Shown here: positions 1 to 8,837 of the stretch, in pieces
Numbering within the stretch: position 1 is the stretch's first letter
How the letters are laid out: each line of letters opens with the position of its first letter
Assembly: GCA_020058405.1 (NCBI GenBank)
Contig: JAGVEE010000138.1
Location: forward strand, 1-24,966
Length of the DNA stretch: 24,966 nt
Origin: Sphingobacteriales bacterium
GTDB lineage: Bacteria > Bacteroidota > Bacteroidia > Sphingobacteriales > Sphingobacteriaceae
Reading direction: 5' to 3'
Made by a program: the position numbers and the translations under genes
The notes under the pieces: model-generated
Seen by the model: only the letters and a program-made list of their open reading frames with translations
Told to the model about the DNA's origin: nothing
The model's database searches: none

Positions 1-13
1 CACATTTGCATAT

Positions 14-763
14 TTACGCATTTGTAAATTTAAATAAAACAGGTTTGCTTGGACTAGCGTCGGTTTTTAGTGAGGCAATTTGCAAGTTTAAGAAATAGTT
101 GCCATCGCTAATAGAATCAGGGATGTACACGAGTTCTGTTATTGTCATATCTGTTCGTGGCTCTATTTCAAAATTCCAAAAAGCTTTGTGGGCTGCTAAG
201 GCTCCTCCATCTTCTTCTCTATCTACAGATGGCAAATCTAAAAGCAAATGTTTATAGCCCATCTCTCTAATTTTTTTACAAAAATCGGCACTTAAATAAG
301 TTGGGTTTGTGCCAGAATAATTTTTTGTTAATTTTTCTGAAGTATTAGGGTTTGTTCTAATAATAATTGCTTCGCAATCGTCGATTCTTTTTAATGAATT
401 CAATGCATCTACATTTACTATAAAATCATTTTGATGTTCTGTAGGGTTAACCGTGTGTAGCTGAGCAAAAAAGAAAAACTCCTTCAAACAATCGTTTATA
501 CAAATTCTTTCGGCACTTATATGCCCCACACATTCGGTATGTGTGCCGTTACCATGAGCATTAATATATAGGTTTTCGCAATTGGCCGATCCGCCCTCTT
601 TTACTGAGCCTACAAAGTTGCCAACTCTAATGGGTTCGAATTTGGCCGGCTCAATATAAAATGCATTTACACCCTTGCCAGGTTCAATAGCTATTGATAA
701 ATCGATGCCCTTCTTTAAATCAATACTAATTTCTTTTTCATTAAAAGTGGTATGAATAATCAT
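14..763 (-). CDS. Cyclase family metal-dependent hydrolase (kynurenine formamidase KynB-like), 249 aa
   Basis: Motif NAHGNGTHTECVGHI resembles the cyclase HxGTHxDxPxH signature; also LLLDLPSVD, AHKAFW and C-terminal DASPSKPVL typical of the family. The start overlaps the hemW stop (ATGA, 760-763). Confidence 0.85.
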   Translation of the reverse strand: MIIHTTFNEKEISIDLKKGIDLSIAIEPGKGVNAFYIEPAKFEPIRVGNFVGSVKEGGSANCENLYINAHGNGTHTECVGHISAERICINDCLKEFFFFAQLHTVNPTEHQNDFIVNVDALNSLKRIDDCEAIIIRTNPNTSEKLTKNYSGTNPTYLSADFCKKIREMGYKHLLLDLPSVDREEDGGALAAHKAFWNFEIEPRTDMTITELVYIPDSISDGNYFLNLQIASLKTDASPSKPVLFKFTNA

Positions 764-1902
764 CTTTCAAAATTTTCTAATGTAAATAATTCCGACGCAA
801 TTTTATCTGCCATAAGTTTACCTTCTCTGGTGGTTTTGTAAAACCCGTTTTCAAAAATCACCCATTTTTTAGAAATATACTCTTGTGCATTTTTCTCAAA
901 ATGGGTTAACATTGCAGAACCAAATTCATCTTCCAAATATGTAGTGTTTACACCTTTAGAAGTTCTAAAACTAAGCATTAAATACTCATTAAAACGATCG
1001 TTAAGTTTTAATTGTTCTGTTTGCGATGGAAGCACTTCAGAATAAATATCGTTTAAATATTTTTGATTATTAGCAACATTCCATTCTCTGCTAGTTTTGT
1101 TAAATGAATGTGCAGACGGTCCAATACCCAAGTATTTAGAGCCTTCCCAATAAGAAGAGTTGTGTTTAGAATAATAGCCAGGTTTTGCGAAATTCGAAAT
1201 TTCATAATGATCGAATCCATTCGAGGCCAACTCTTCCATTAAGATCTCAAACTGCGAAGCGGCCTGTTCTTCGTCCATCGGTTTCTGCTTTTTCTTCTCC
1301 ACCCAATTTCCTAATGCTGTACCTTTCTCAACGGTTAATGCATACGATGAAATATGCGGAACTTCTAATTCTAATGCTTGCTGAATATTATCTAACCATT
1401 CTCGATCGCTTAGATTAGGTGTTCCATAAATTAAATCGATGCTGATGTTTTCAATGCCAATATCTTGTGCACGTTTTATGGAAGTTAAGGCTTCATCTTT
1501 ATGATGTGCGCGATTCATCCAAATTAAATCTCTATCAATAAACGACTGCACTCCAATGCTCAATCTGTTGATCCCGATTTGGTGTAAAGCAGATAAATGT
1601 TCTTTACTTAAATCATCGGGGTTCGCTTCTAATGTAATTTCAGGTACTGCACTAAGTTGGAATCGATCGTATATTGTTTGTAATATCTTTTCAATGTCTC
1701 GGGCAGGCACTATAGAAGGGGTTCCACCGCCGAAATAGATGGTTTTAACTTCTTTATCCCCTAAATAAAACTTACGCATTTCAATTTCACGTACTAAAGC
1801 TTCCATCATTTCGTCTTTATACTTTAAAGAAGTACTGAAATGGAAATCGCAATAATGACATGCTTGTTTGCAAAAAGGAATATGTATATAAATACCAGCC
1901 AT
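760..1902 (-). CDS. hemW: Radical SAM heme chaperone HemW (coproporphyrinogen III oxidase-like), ~380 aa
   Basis: GIYIHIPFCKQACHYCDF (CxxxCxxC), YFGGGTPS, EITLEANP, NRLSIGVQSF, YEISNFA and HNSSYW (HemW-type HNxxYW). Start placed at ATG 1902 (MAGIYIHIPF) rather than the ORF-track start at 1926. Confidence 0.93.
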   Translation of the reverse strand: MAGIYIHIPFCKQACHYCDFHFSTSLKYKDEMMEALVREIEMRKFYLGDKEVKTIYFGGGTPSIVPARDIEKILQTIYDRFQLSAVPEITLEANPDDLSKEHLSALHQIGINRLSIGVQSFIDRDLIWMNRAHHKDEALTSIKRAQDIGIENISIDLIYGTPNLSDREWLDNIQQALELEVPHISSYALTVEKGTALGNWVEKKKQKPMDEEQAASQFEILMEELASNGFDHYEISNFAKPGYYSKHNSSYWEGSKYLGIGPSAHSFNKTSREWNVANNQKYLNDIYSEVLPSQTEQLKLNDRFNEYLMLSFRTSKGVNTTYLEDEFGSAMLTHFEKNAQEYISKKWVIFENGFYKTTREGKLMADKIASELFTLENFER

Positions 1903-1940
1903 AAGACGAATTTCAACAAATTTCAATTAATTTAGCCCTA

Positions 1941-3662
1941 ATGAAGAGCCCTTTTTTCATCCTACTGTTTATTCTGCTGTCTGTAAGCTCTTTAATTGCT
2001 CAAGATAAAACGTATATTTTGAGTATACAACCTAATTTGCCAAGTACCATTAAAACTGTTAAAACAGAATTTAAAGATACTGCTAAATTAAACAACGAGG
2101 TGTTGTATTTCGAAAACAAACTACGTGCCGCAGGGTACATAAATTTCAAAAAAATACAAGATACTACCATTGCCAATGAACGTAAATTGTTATATAATTA
2201 TGGTGATGTGTGGACCTGGGGATTTGTAAAATTAGGAGATAATTTAGTTGATTTACTTCCGAAATCTGAATTGAAAAATAGCATAAAAGCAGATCGAATA
2301 ATACAAGTTGATTTACTTACTGATGCAATTGAGCAAATGCTTACATATGCCGAAGAGCATGGATATCCTTTTGCTGAAATTAAATTTGATAGCATTCAAA
2401 TTATTAATAACAAAGTAAATGCACAACTCAATTTAATTCTTAATCCTTTAATAAAATTCGACACCTTAACTATTATCGATAAGAATATAATTAAACCTTC
2501 TTTTTTAAGTTCGTACATAGGCATTAAATACGGAGATGTTTATAATGAAAAAAAAATACAAGCTATACAAAACAGAATAGATGAACTTGGATTTATACGA
2601 TTGAAATATCCGCCGAAGGTATATTTTGCTAATAATACAGCCAATGTAGTTTTAAATCCTGAAAAAAGAAACGCTAATAAATTCGACGGACTAATTGGCG
2701 TTCAACCTAATGCCAACAATCAAAAAACTGCAATAGTTGGCCAAGCACAATTATACTTAGTAAACTTATTAGGTCGTGGTGAAAAAGCTTCCATAGATTT
2801 TAAAAGCCAAGCGAATGAAACACGCGATTTGAAAATAATGCTTAATTACCCTTTCGTTTTTTCAACATCATTTGGCTTAACTGCAAACCTCGATATTCGT
2901 AGGCAAGATACAAGCTTCTCTAATTTAGGAAGAGCCATCGCAATCCAATACTTATTGAAAGGAAATAATCAATTAAGTTTGGTATACAAAGTTAATGAAA
3001 GCAATCTATTGTCTGTAAAAAAATATGCAAATACAAATGTGCTTCCGGATAATTTAGACGTCAACAAAAAATCGTACGGAATTAACACCCTATTTGAAGA
3101 ATTAGATTATAGAATTAATCCTAAAAAAGGCTACAGTATTGCAAGTTCAGCCTTATTTGGCACCAGAAAAATAACTAAAAATGCAGGTATCACAGACACA
3201 TTGTATGAAGGAATAAGTTTAAGCAGTACACAAATACAGCTCTTGCTCGGTGTTAAAAAGTATTTCAATTTAACAGGCAAACATGTTGTACTATTGTCGT
3301 ACAAAACAGAATGGATAGAAAGTGACAAATTATTTAACAATGAATTATTAAGAATTGGGGGGATTAATGATTTACGAGGATTTGACGAAGAAAGCATTTT
3401 TACATCGTATTATTGGATTTCTACTTTTGAGTATCGTTTTTTATTGGATCGAAATTCCTTTTTCAGATTATTTTACGATCAAGCATATTATGTAAATAAA
3501 GTACTAAATGCCGAAGATTACCCATATGGAATTGGAGCAGGAGTGCAAATACAAACGGTTGCGGGCATGTTACAATTAAATTACGCATTGGGTGCACAAG
3601 CTAATTCAGGAATTAATTTCCAAACAGGCAAGATTCATTTTGGAATCATCAATTATTTTTAA
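1941..3662 (+). CDS. Omp85 (BamA/TamA-like) outer-membrane protein: POTRA domains + C-terminal beta-barrel, 573 aa
   Basis: Sec signal peptide ending SLIAQ; POTRA-like segments (YAEEHGYPFAEIKFDSI, IQNRIDELGFI); barrel loop motif RIGGINDLRGFDEE; amphipathic strands and terminal aromatic residue (IHFGIINYF). Confidence 0.8.
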   Translation: MKSPFFILLFILLSVSSLIAQDKTYILSIQPNLPSTIKTVKTEFKDTAKLNNEVLYFENKLRAAGYINFKKIQDTTIANERKLLYNYGDVWTWGFVKLGDNLVDLLPKSELKNSIKADRIIQVDLLTDAIEQMLTYAEEHGYPFAEIKFDSIQIINNKVNAQLNLILNPLIKFDTLTIIDKNIIKPSFLSSYIGIKYGDVYNEKKIQAIQNRIDELGFIRLKYPPKVYFANNTANVVLNPEKRNANKFDGLIGVQPNANNQKTAIVGQAQLYLVNLLGRGEKASIDFKSQANETRDLKIMLNYPFVFSTSFGLTANLDIRRQDTSFSNLGRAIAIQYLLKGNNQLSLVYKVNESNLLSVKKYANTNVLPDNLDVNKKSYGINTLFEELDYRINPKKGYSIASSALFGTRKITKNAGITDTLYEGISLSSTQIQLLLGVKKYFNLTGKHVVLLSYKTEWIESDKLFNNELLRIGGINDLRGFDEESIFTSYYWISTFEYRFLLDRNSFFRLFYDQAYYVNKVLNAEDYPYGIGAGVQIQTVAGMLQLNYALGAQANSGINFQTGKIHFGIINYF

Positions 3663-3673
3663 ACTTTTGCAAA

Positions 3674-4618
3674 ATGAATAACGTCCGACTTCTTCTACTA
3701 TATATTTTACTTCAGCTATTAATGTTATCTGTACATGCACAAGTTGTAAATAGAGAATTGGATACCACTACTAATTACATCAACTTAAATTATTTTGAAC
3801 CTGTAGATACAGATAACAGATATTACGTGCTTATTGATTCGAGTATACTTACACCAAGTGATACGTTTAGAAAAATTGTACTCAATAGATATTCGGGTAA
3901 CACATTTAATTACAGCGATAGTACAATAAAATTAGATACTCGGAAATATGTAAATAGAAATGCAATTAAATTACGTAAAAGCCCAGATCAGTGGATAGTA
4001 TTTGTGTTTCTAATTATTGTGTTATTGTATGTATTGATTAAAAATATATACAACAAAACCTTATCAATCATATTTCAGGCATATTGGAATGACAGAGCGA
4101 TTAGTCAGTTTACCCGCGACGATAATTTTTTCAAATTGCGAAATACACTTTTATATTTTGTATTGTTTGCAATGGTATATGGTCTACTCATTAAATACAT
4201 GTTAGATACTTTTGGAGTAGAAATAAAAACGAAAGATTCTGATGAATATTTGTTTATAACTGCAGCAGCCGTTCTGTTTTACATTGCTAAGTTTATATTG
4301 ATGAAATTTGCTGGGTATGTTTTTTCTATACAGAAATTAATGTCTGGCTATTTGTCAATCATCTCAATTTCTAATTTTATTTACTCTATTTTCATCATCC
4401 CATTCCTAATCCTGTACTATTATCTGCCTAATGAATATGAGGGTTTGGTGTTTTACTTAATATTAATTTTATTTTGTTTTAACACTATATACAAGTATTT
4501 GAGAACAGGGTCATTTATATTAAATAATTTTCAGTTTCCTAAGTTTTATTTATTTCTCTATCTTTGCAGCCTTGAAATAATGCCATTATTAATTATCTAC
4601 AAAGTGTTTCTAGCATAA
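3674..4618 (+). CDS. DUF4271-family integral membrane protein, 314 aa
   Basis: Signal-like N-terminus, short soluble region, then about 6 hydrophobic segments; C-terminal FYLFLYLCSLEIMP matches the DUF4271 motif as I recall it; lies upstream of hemD. Confidence 0.75.
   Translation: MNNVRLLLLYILLQLLMLSVHAQVVNRELDTTTNYINLNYFEPVDTDNRYYVLIDSSILTPSDTFRKIVLNRYSGNTFNYSDSTIKLDTRKYVNRNAIKLRKSPDQWIVFVFLIIVLLYVLIKNIYNKTLSIIFQAYWNDRAISQFTRDDNFFKLRNTLLYFVLFAMVYGLLIKYMLDTFGVEIKTKDSDEYLFITAAAVLFYIAKFILMKFAGYVFSIQKLMSGYLSIISISNFIYSIFIIPFLILYYYLPNEYEGLVFYLILILFCFNTIYKYLRTGSFILNNFQFPKFYLFLYLCSLEIMPLLIIYKVFLA
4559..4566 (+). promoter_or_regulatory. Candidate Bacteroidota primary-sigma -7 element (TATCTTTG) inside the DUF4271 3' end; possible hemD promoter
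   Basis: Exact TAnnTTTG followed by CA, 84 nt upstream of the hemD ATG. The -33 position holds TTTC (4535-4538, 20-nt spacer), an imperfect match. Confidence 0.45.
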
Positions 4619-4649
4619 TTATTGCTTGGAGTGTATTAACAAGAGAAGT

Positions 4650-5405
4650 ATGGATAAGAAATTGAAAGTTAAAAGCATTTTGGTAACACAGCCAAAACCC
4701 GAATCAGATAAGTCGCCATTCTTTGAATTAGCCAAAAGATATAATTTAAAGATTGATTTTAGGCCATTTATCCACGTAGAGGGCATTCCAGCTAAAGAAT
4801 TTAGAAAAGAAAAAATCAGCCCTACAGACTTTACTGCGGTAATATTTACGAGCAGAAATTCAATTGATCATTATTTTAGAGTGTGTGAAGAGCTAAGAAT
4901 AGAGGTTTCTTCAGAAATGAAATATTATTGCATTACAGAAGCTGTAGCCTTATACATGCAGAAATATGTCCAATATCGTAAACGAAAAGTATTCATTGGT
5001 AAACAAACTACTGCAGATCTTATCGAATTAATAAAAAAACACAAAGACGAAAAATATTTTTATCCGTGTACAGATGTTCACACAGATGAAATACCTGTAT
5101 TTATGAGAAGTAGCGGTTTTAACTTCTCTGAAGCGGTAATTTACAGAACTGTATGTAGTGATTTATCTGATTTAGCAGAGGTCAATTATGATATGATCGC
5201 ATTTTTCAGTCCTTCGGGCATAAAATCTTTGTTTAAAAACTTCCCAGATTTCAAACAAAAAAATACTAGAATTGCCACATTTGGTCCAACAACTGCTAGG
5301 GCAGTAATAGATGCAGGCTTAAATATTGATGTGCAAGCTCCTAGTCCTCAGGCTCCTTCCATGACAATGGCAATCGAGGAGTATGTGAAAACCGCGAATA
5401 AATAA
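4650..5405 (+). CDS. hemD: Uroporphyrinogen-III synthase, ~251 aa
   Basis: Bacteroidota HemD-like sequence (KVKSILVTQPKP, FRPFIHVEG, VIFTSRNSIDHYF, IAFFSPSGIKSL, IATFGPTT). Start placed at ATG 4650; the ORF track uses an upstream TTG at 4626. Confidence 0.88.
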   Translation: MDKKLKVKSILVTQPKPESDKSPFFELAKRYNLKIDFRPFIHVEGIPAKEFRKEKISPTDFTAVIFTSRNSIDHYFRVCEELRIEVSSEMKYYCITEAVALYMQKYVQYRKRKVFIGKQTTADLIELIKKHKDEKYFYPCTDVHTDEIPVFMRSSGFNFSEAVIYRTVCSDLSDLAEVNYDMIAFFSPSGIKSLFKNFPDFKQKNTRIATFGPTTARAVIDAGLNIDVQAPSPQAPSMTMAIEEYVKTANK

Positions 5406-5475
5406 TTTATAATTCTTGGTATCAAATTTGTTGCAAAAGCATTTCTAACTAAAAATTGAGGAAATGAGTACAAAA

Positions 5476-5506
5476 TTTGCATATAGATAATATTATGCTA
5501 ATTTTG
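5476..5506 (+). promoter_or_regulatory. Bacteroidota primary-sigma promoter for porP
   Basis: TTTG (5476-5479), 19-nt spacer, TAATTTTG (5499-5506): full -33/-7 consensus, 36 nt before the porP ATG. Confidence 0.75.
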
Positions 5507-5542
5507 GAATCCTTGGTTTTATGGTTGTTATTTTAGGAATAA

Positions 5543-6475
5543 ATGAAGAACAAATATAGATTGCTGCTAATAGCATTACTATTAGTAGGTTTTAAAACAT
5601 TTGCACAGCAAGATCCGCAGTATTCACACTATATGTTTAATGGGTTTGTATTTAACCCTGCATTAGCTGGTAGCAAAGAGTCCTTAAGTGCTTTAGGTTT
5701 ATTCCGTACACAATATGTAGGGGTTGATGGTGGTCCACAAACTCAAACTATAAGTGCACACATGCCTTTACCAAGCATAACAAGTGGAGTAGGTATTCAC
5801 ATTATTAATGATCAAATCGGTGCCGGAAATGCAAGTTTAAGTTTCATGGCATCTTATGCATACAAATATCAATTAGCTAATGGAACATTATCTGGTGGTA
5901 TTGGCTTAGGTTTTATACAAAGAACACTTGATGGTACAAAATTAATTACTGGCGTACCGGGTGACCCTGTTGTACCAACAGGCAAGTTGAATGCTTTAAA
6001 ATTAGATGTAAACGCTGGAGCGTTTTATAATACGGAGCTTTATTATGTTGGATTATCGGCAACTCACTTAACAAGACCTAATATGGGTTTTGATGGTGTT
6101 GCGGCAACAGAATACCGAAATGTAATACATACCAACTTAGTTGCAGGATATAATTGGAACATTTCTCCAACGTTAGACGTAAAACCATCAGTATTGTTAA
6201 AATATTCGAAAGCAGTTTCTTTTGATGTAAATGCAATGGCATTTATTAATCAAAGATTTTGGGGAGGATTATCATACCGTTTAAATGAGTCGTTAATTGG
6301 TATTGTAGGGTTAAATATTACCCCAGCGATTAAATTTAGCTACGCATATGACTATACTTTAAACAATTTAAATGTAGCAAGTTCGGGATCACATGAGGTT
6401 ATTTTAGGCTATGATGTGATCATCAAAAAGAAAATAAAAACAGATGTTATTATAAAAACACCTCGTTTCTTGTAG
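5543..6475 (+). CDS. porP: T9SS membrane protein, PorP/SprF family, 310 aa
   Basis: Signal peptide then QQDPQYSHYMFNGFVFNPALAG (family N-terminal signature), beta-strand pattern, C-terminal SGSHEVILGY...PRFL; directly upstream of gldK. Confidence 0.9.
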   Translation: MKNKYRLLLIALLLVGFKTFAQQDPQYSHYMFNGFVFNPALAGSKESLSALGLFRTQYVGVDGGPQTQTISAHMPLPSITSGVGIHIINDQIGAGNASLSFMASYAYKYQLANGTLSGGIGLGFIQRTLDGTKLITGVPGDPVVPTGKLNALKLDVNAGAFYNTELYYVGLSATHLTRPNMGFDGVAATEYRNVIHTNLVAGYNWNISPTLDVKPSVLLKYSKAVSFDVNAMAFINQRFWGGLSYRLNESLIGIVGLNITPAIKFSYAYDYTLNNLNVASSGSHEVILGYDVIIKKKIKTDVIIKTPRFL

Positions 6476-6528
6476 TATATGTGCATTTTTTATACTAAAA
6501 ACCGAAATCATCCGTTTAATTGCCCGGC

Positions 6529-6549
6529 TCAAATAATAATATTATTTGA
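6529..6549. repeat. Perfect 9-bp inverted repeat (TCAAATAAT-aat-ATTATTTGA) in the porP-gldK intergenic region
   Basis: Arms 6529-6537 and 6541-6549 are exact reverse complements. Function unknown; the arms are AT-rich. Confidence 0.55.
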
Positions 6550-6613
6550 AAAATAAAAACTGAAAACAAATAAAATTATTCACATTCGTTCTTTATTATT
6601 TAGTATAATATGC

Positions 6614-6621
6614 TAAATTTG
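6614..6621 (+). promoter_or_regulatory. Candidate -7 element (TAAATTTG) for gldKLMN
   Basis: Exact TAnnTTTG 55 nt upstream of the gldK ATG at 6677; no clean -33 TTTG. Confidence 0.6.
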
Positions 6622-6676
6622 TACTTACGGCTTATTTAATTAATTATATAAAAGCAAATTTTTAGTAATGCTTGCT

Positions 6677-7939
6677 ATGAAAAAAATCGCATTGTTCTGT
6701 TTAGCGGGACTAACAACTGTTGTTAGCAGTTGTGGTTTAAACTCTGGTAATGGAGAATTGGTTGGGTCGAATGATCGCCCTAGCTTTAAGCCTTTTATTC
6801 CTTTTGGAATGGTTTACGTTCCATCTGGTACGTATCATATAGGTCAGTCTGATCAAGACATTGCCTATTCTCAAGTGGCGCATAATCGCCAAGTGAGTAT
6901 TAGTGCATTCTATATGGATGAAACTGAAATTACAAACAACGAATACCGTCAGTTTACGGAATACGTTCGCGACTCTATTGTTAAGAAAACATTGGGTGGT
7001 GAGCATATTTTGCAAGATGCAGATGGTAAAGAGTACTTAAACTGGAAAACAAAGTTGAATTACAACGATCCAGCTGTTGTTGAAGCTTTATCTGAATTGT
7101 ATTATCCAGAGGAAGAAAGAATTTTCGGTAGAAAAGAAATTGATAACCGTAAATTGATCTATCACTTAGAGTGGTTCGATTTAACATCGGCTGCAAGTAA
7201 ATCTAACAGAGATAAACCTCGTACTCAATTTATCGTTAAAGAAGATATTCAAGTTTACCCTGATACATTATGTTTCATTTCGGATTTTGCGTATGCATTA
7301 AATGATCCGATGGTAGAAAAATATTTCTGGCATCCAGCATACGACGAATATCCAGTTGTAGGTATTAGCTGGAAACAAGCTCGTGCATTTACAATATGGA
7401 GATCTAGAATGTTAGACGACTTCAAACGTGCACAAGGTGAAGCAGTAATGAATCAATACCGTTTACCAACAGAAGCAGAGTGGGAATACGCATCTCGTGG
7501 TGGTCGTATTAATGCTGATTACCCTTGGGGTGGTCCGTATGCTAGAAACAGCAGAGGTTGTTTATTAGCTAACTTCAAACCAGGTCGTGGTAATTATGGC
7601 GACGATGGTGGTATGCACACTGTAAAAGTTACTTCTTATTTCCCGAATGATTTCGGTTTATACAACATGTCTGGTAATGCTGCAGAGTGGACAAGCACCT
7701 CTTATGATGAGTCTGCTGTAGTATTTATACACGACATGAACCCTAACTACTCTTATGAAGCTAAGCCAGACGATCCAGAAGTATTGAAGCGTAAAGTAAT
7801 ACGCGGAGGTTCTTGGAAAGACATTGGTTTCTTCATGCAAAACGGTACACGTTCTTATGAGTTCCAAGATACTGCGAAGTCATACATCGGTTTCCGTTGC
7901 GTAATGTCGTACATGGGTCGTTCAATCTCTGATGAATAA
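6677..7939 (+). CDS. gldK: T9SS/gliding motility lipoprotein GldK (PorK), FGE-sulfatase fold, ~420 aa
   Basis: Lipoprotein signal MKKIALFCLAGLTTVVSSC; PFGMVYVPSGTYHIG, FYMDETEITNNEYRQF, YRLPTEAEWEYA, FGLYNMSGNAAEW, IRGGSWKD, YIGFRCV; position between porP and gldL. The alternative start at 6668 adds 3 aa. Confidence 0.95.
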   Translation: MKKIALFCLAGLTTVVSSCGLNSGNGELVGSNDRPSFKPFIPFGMVYVPSGTYHIGQSDQDIAYSQVAHNRQVSISAFYMDETEITNNEYRQFTEYVRDSIVKKTLGGEHILQDADGKEYLNWKTKLNYNDPAVVEALSELYYPEEERIFGRKEIDNRKLIYHLEWFDLTSAASKSNRDKPRTQFIVKEDIQVYPDTLCFISDFAYALNDPMVEKYFWHPAYDEYPVVGISWKQARAFTIWRSRMLDDFKRAQGEAVMNQYRLPTEAEWEYASRGGRINADYPWGGPYARNSRGCLLANFKPGRGNYGDDGGMHTVKVTSYFPNDFGLYNMSGNAAEWTSTSYDESAVVFIHDMNPNYSYEAKPDDPEVLKRKVIRGGSWKDIGFFMQNGTRSYEFQDTAKSYIGFRCVMSYMGRSISDE

Positions 7940-8013
7940 TATCATCAACTAAAACGTAAACAATAAAACAATCAATAAATTAATTCACACAAAAATTCAA
8001 ATTATCTATTAAA

Positions 8014-8793
8014 ATGGGCAACTACAAAAAACTAATGGCCAAAGTTTATGGTATTGGCGCGGCTATCGTAATTATCGGTGCATTATTTAAAATCTTACAC
8101 TTAAAATTTGCAAACGAATTATTGATTGTTGGTCTGACGACAGAAGCGTTAATATTTTTCCTTTCAGCTTTTGAAAAACCACATGAAGAATACGATTGGA
8201 CTTTAGTTTATCCTGAATTAGCTGGAATGGACGCTCATAGCAAACCTGCTAAATCTGCTAACAATGGTACTGTTTCACAACAGTTAGATCAAATGTTAGA
8301 AGACGCTAAAATTGGCCCAGAATTAATTGAAAGTTTAGGAACAGGCTTACGCGCATTTGGCGATAAAGTAAGTACTATTTCAAACGTAACGGATGCTGCA
8401 ACTTCTTCAAATGAATTTGCTAGCAAATTAAAACAAGCAACTAAATCAGTTGATGAGTTAACATCTGCTTACTCACAAGCATCTTCTTCTTTATCAGAAA
8501 TTGCTGCTTCATCTTCAGATTCTAAAATGTACCACGAACAAGTTCAAACATTAGCGAAAAATCTTTCTTCGTTAAATGCTATGTATGAGTTAGAATTACA
8601 AGATTCAAACAATCACTTAAAAACATTAAATAAATTCTACGGAAACGTAAATGAAACTATGCAAAACTTTAGCGATTCATTAAACGACGCTAGAGCATTT
8701 AAAGATGAAGTAGGTAAATTATCTAAAAACTTAGCTTCACTAAATGCAGTGTATGGTAATATGTTATCGGCAATGACCGTTAAAGCAAACTAA
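8014..8793 (+). CDS. gldL: T9SS/gliding motor rotor subunit GldL (PorL), 259 aa
   Basis: Two N-terminal TM helices (MAKVYGIGAAIVIIGALFKILH; GLTTEALIFFLSAFE), DWTLVYPEL motif, coiled-coil cytoplasmic domain ending LNAVYGNMLSAM. Confidence 0.96.
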   Translation: MGNYKKLMAKVYGIGAAIVIIGALFKILHLKFANELLIVGLTTEALIFFLSAFEKPHEEYDWTLVYPELAGMDAHSKPAKSANNGTVSQQLDQMLEDAKIGPELIESLGTGLRAFGDKVSTISNVTDAATSSNEFASKLKQATKSVDELTSAYSQASSSLSEIAASSSDSKMYHEQVQTLAKNLSSLNAMYELELQDSNNHLKTLNKFYGNVNETMQNFSDSLNDARAFKDEVGKLSKNLASLNAVYGNMLSAMTVKAN

Positions 8794-8837
8794 TTAAAGG
8801 TTTTATATCTACTAAAAGATTAAATTAATTAAAGAAG

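Noticed and set aside
1-11. Possible start of a further minus-strand gene (ATG CAA ATG..., start at 11) just after the cyclase stop
   Set aside because: Only 3 codons are inside the window, too few to support a call.
6410-6460. Short repeated peptide DVIIK...DVIIK at the PorP C-terminus
   Set aside because: The codons differ at synonymous positions and there are only two 5-aa copies; probably coincidental.
6473-6497. TAGTATA/TATACTA inverted repeat after porP as a terminator
   Set aside because: AT-only stem with an 11-nt loop and no downstream U-tract; too weak.
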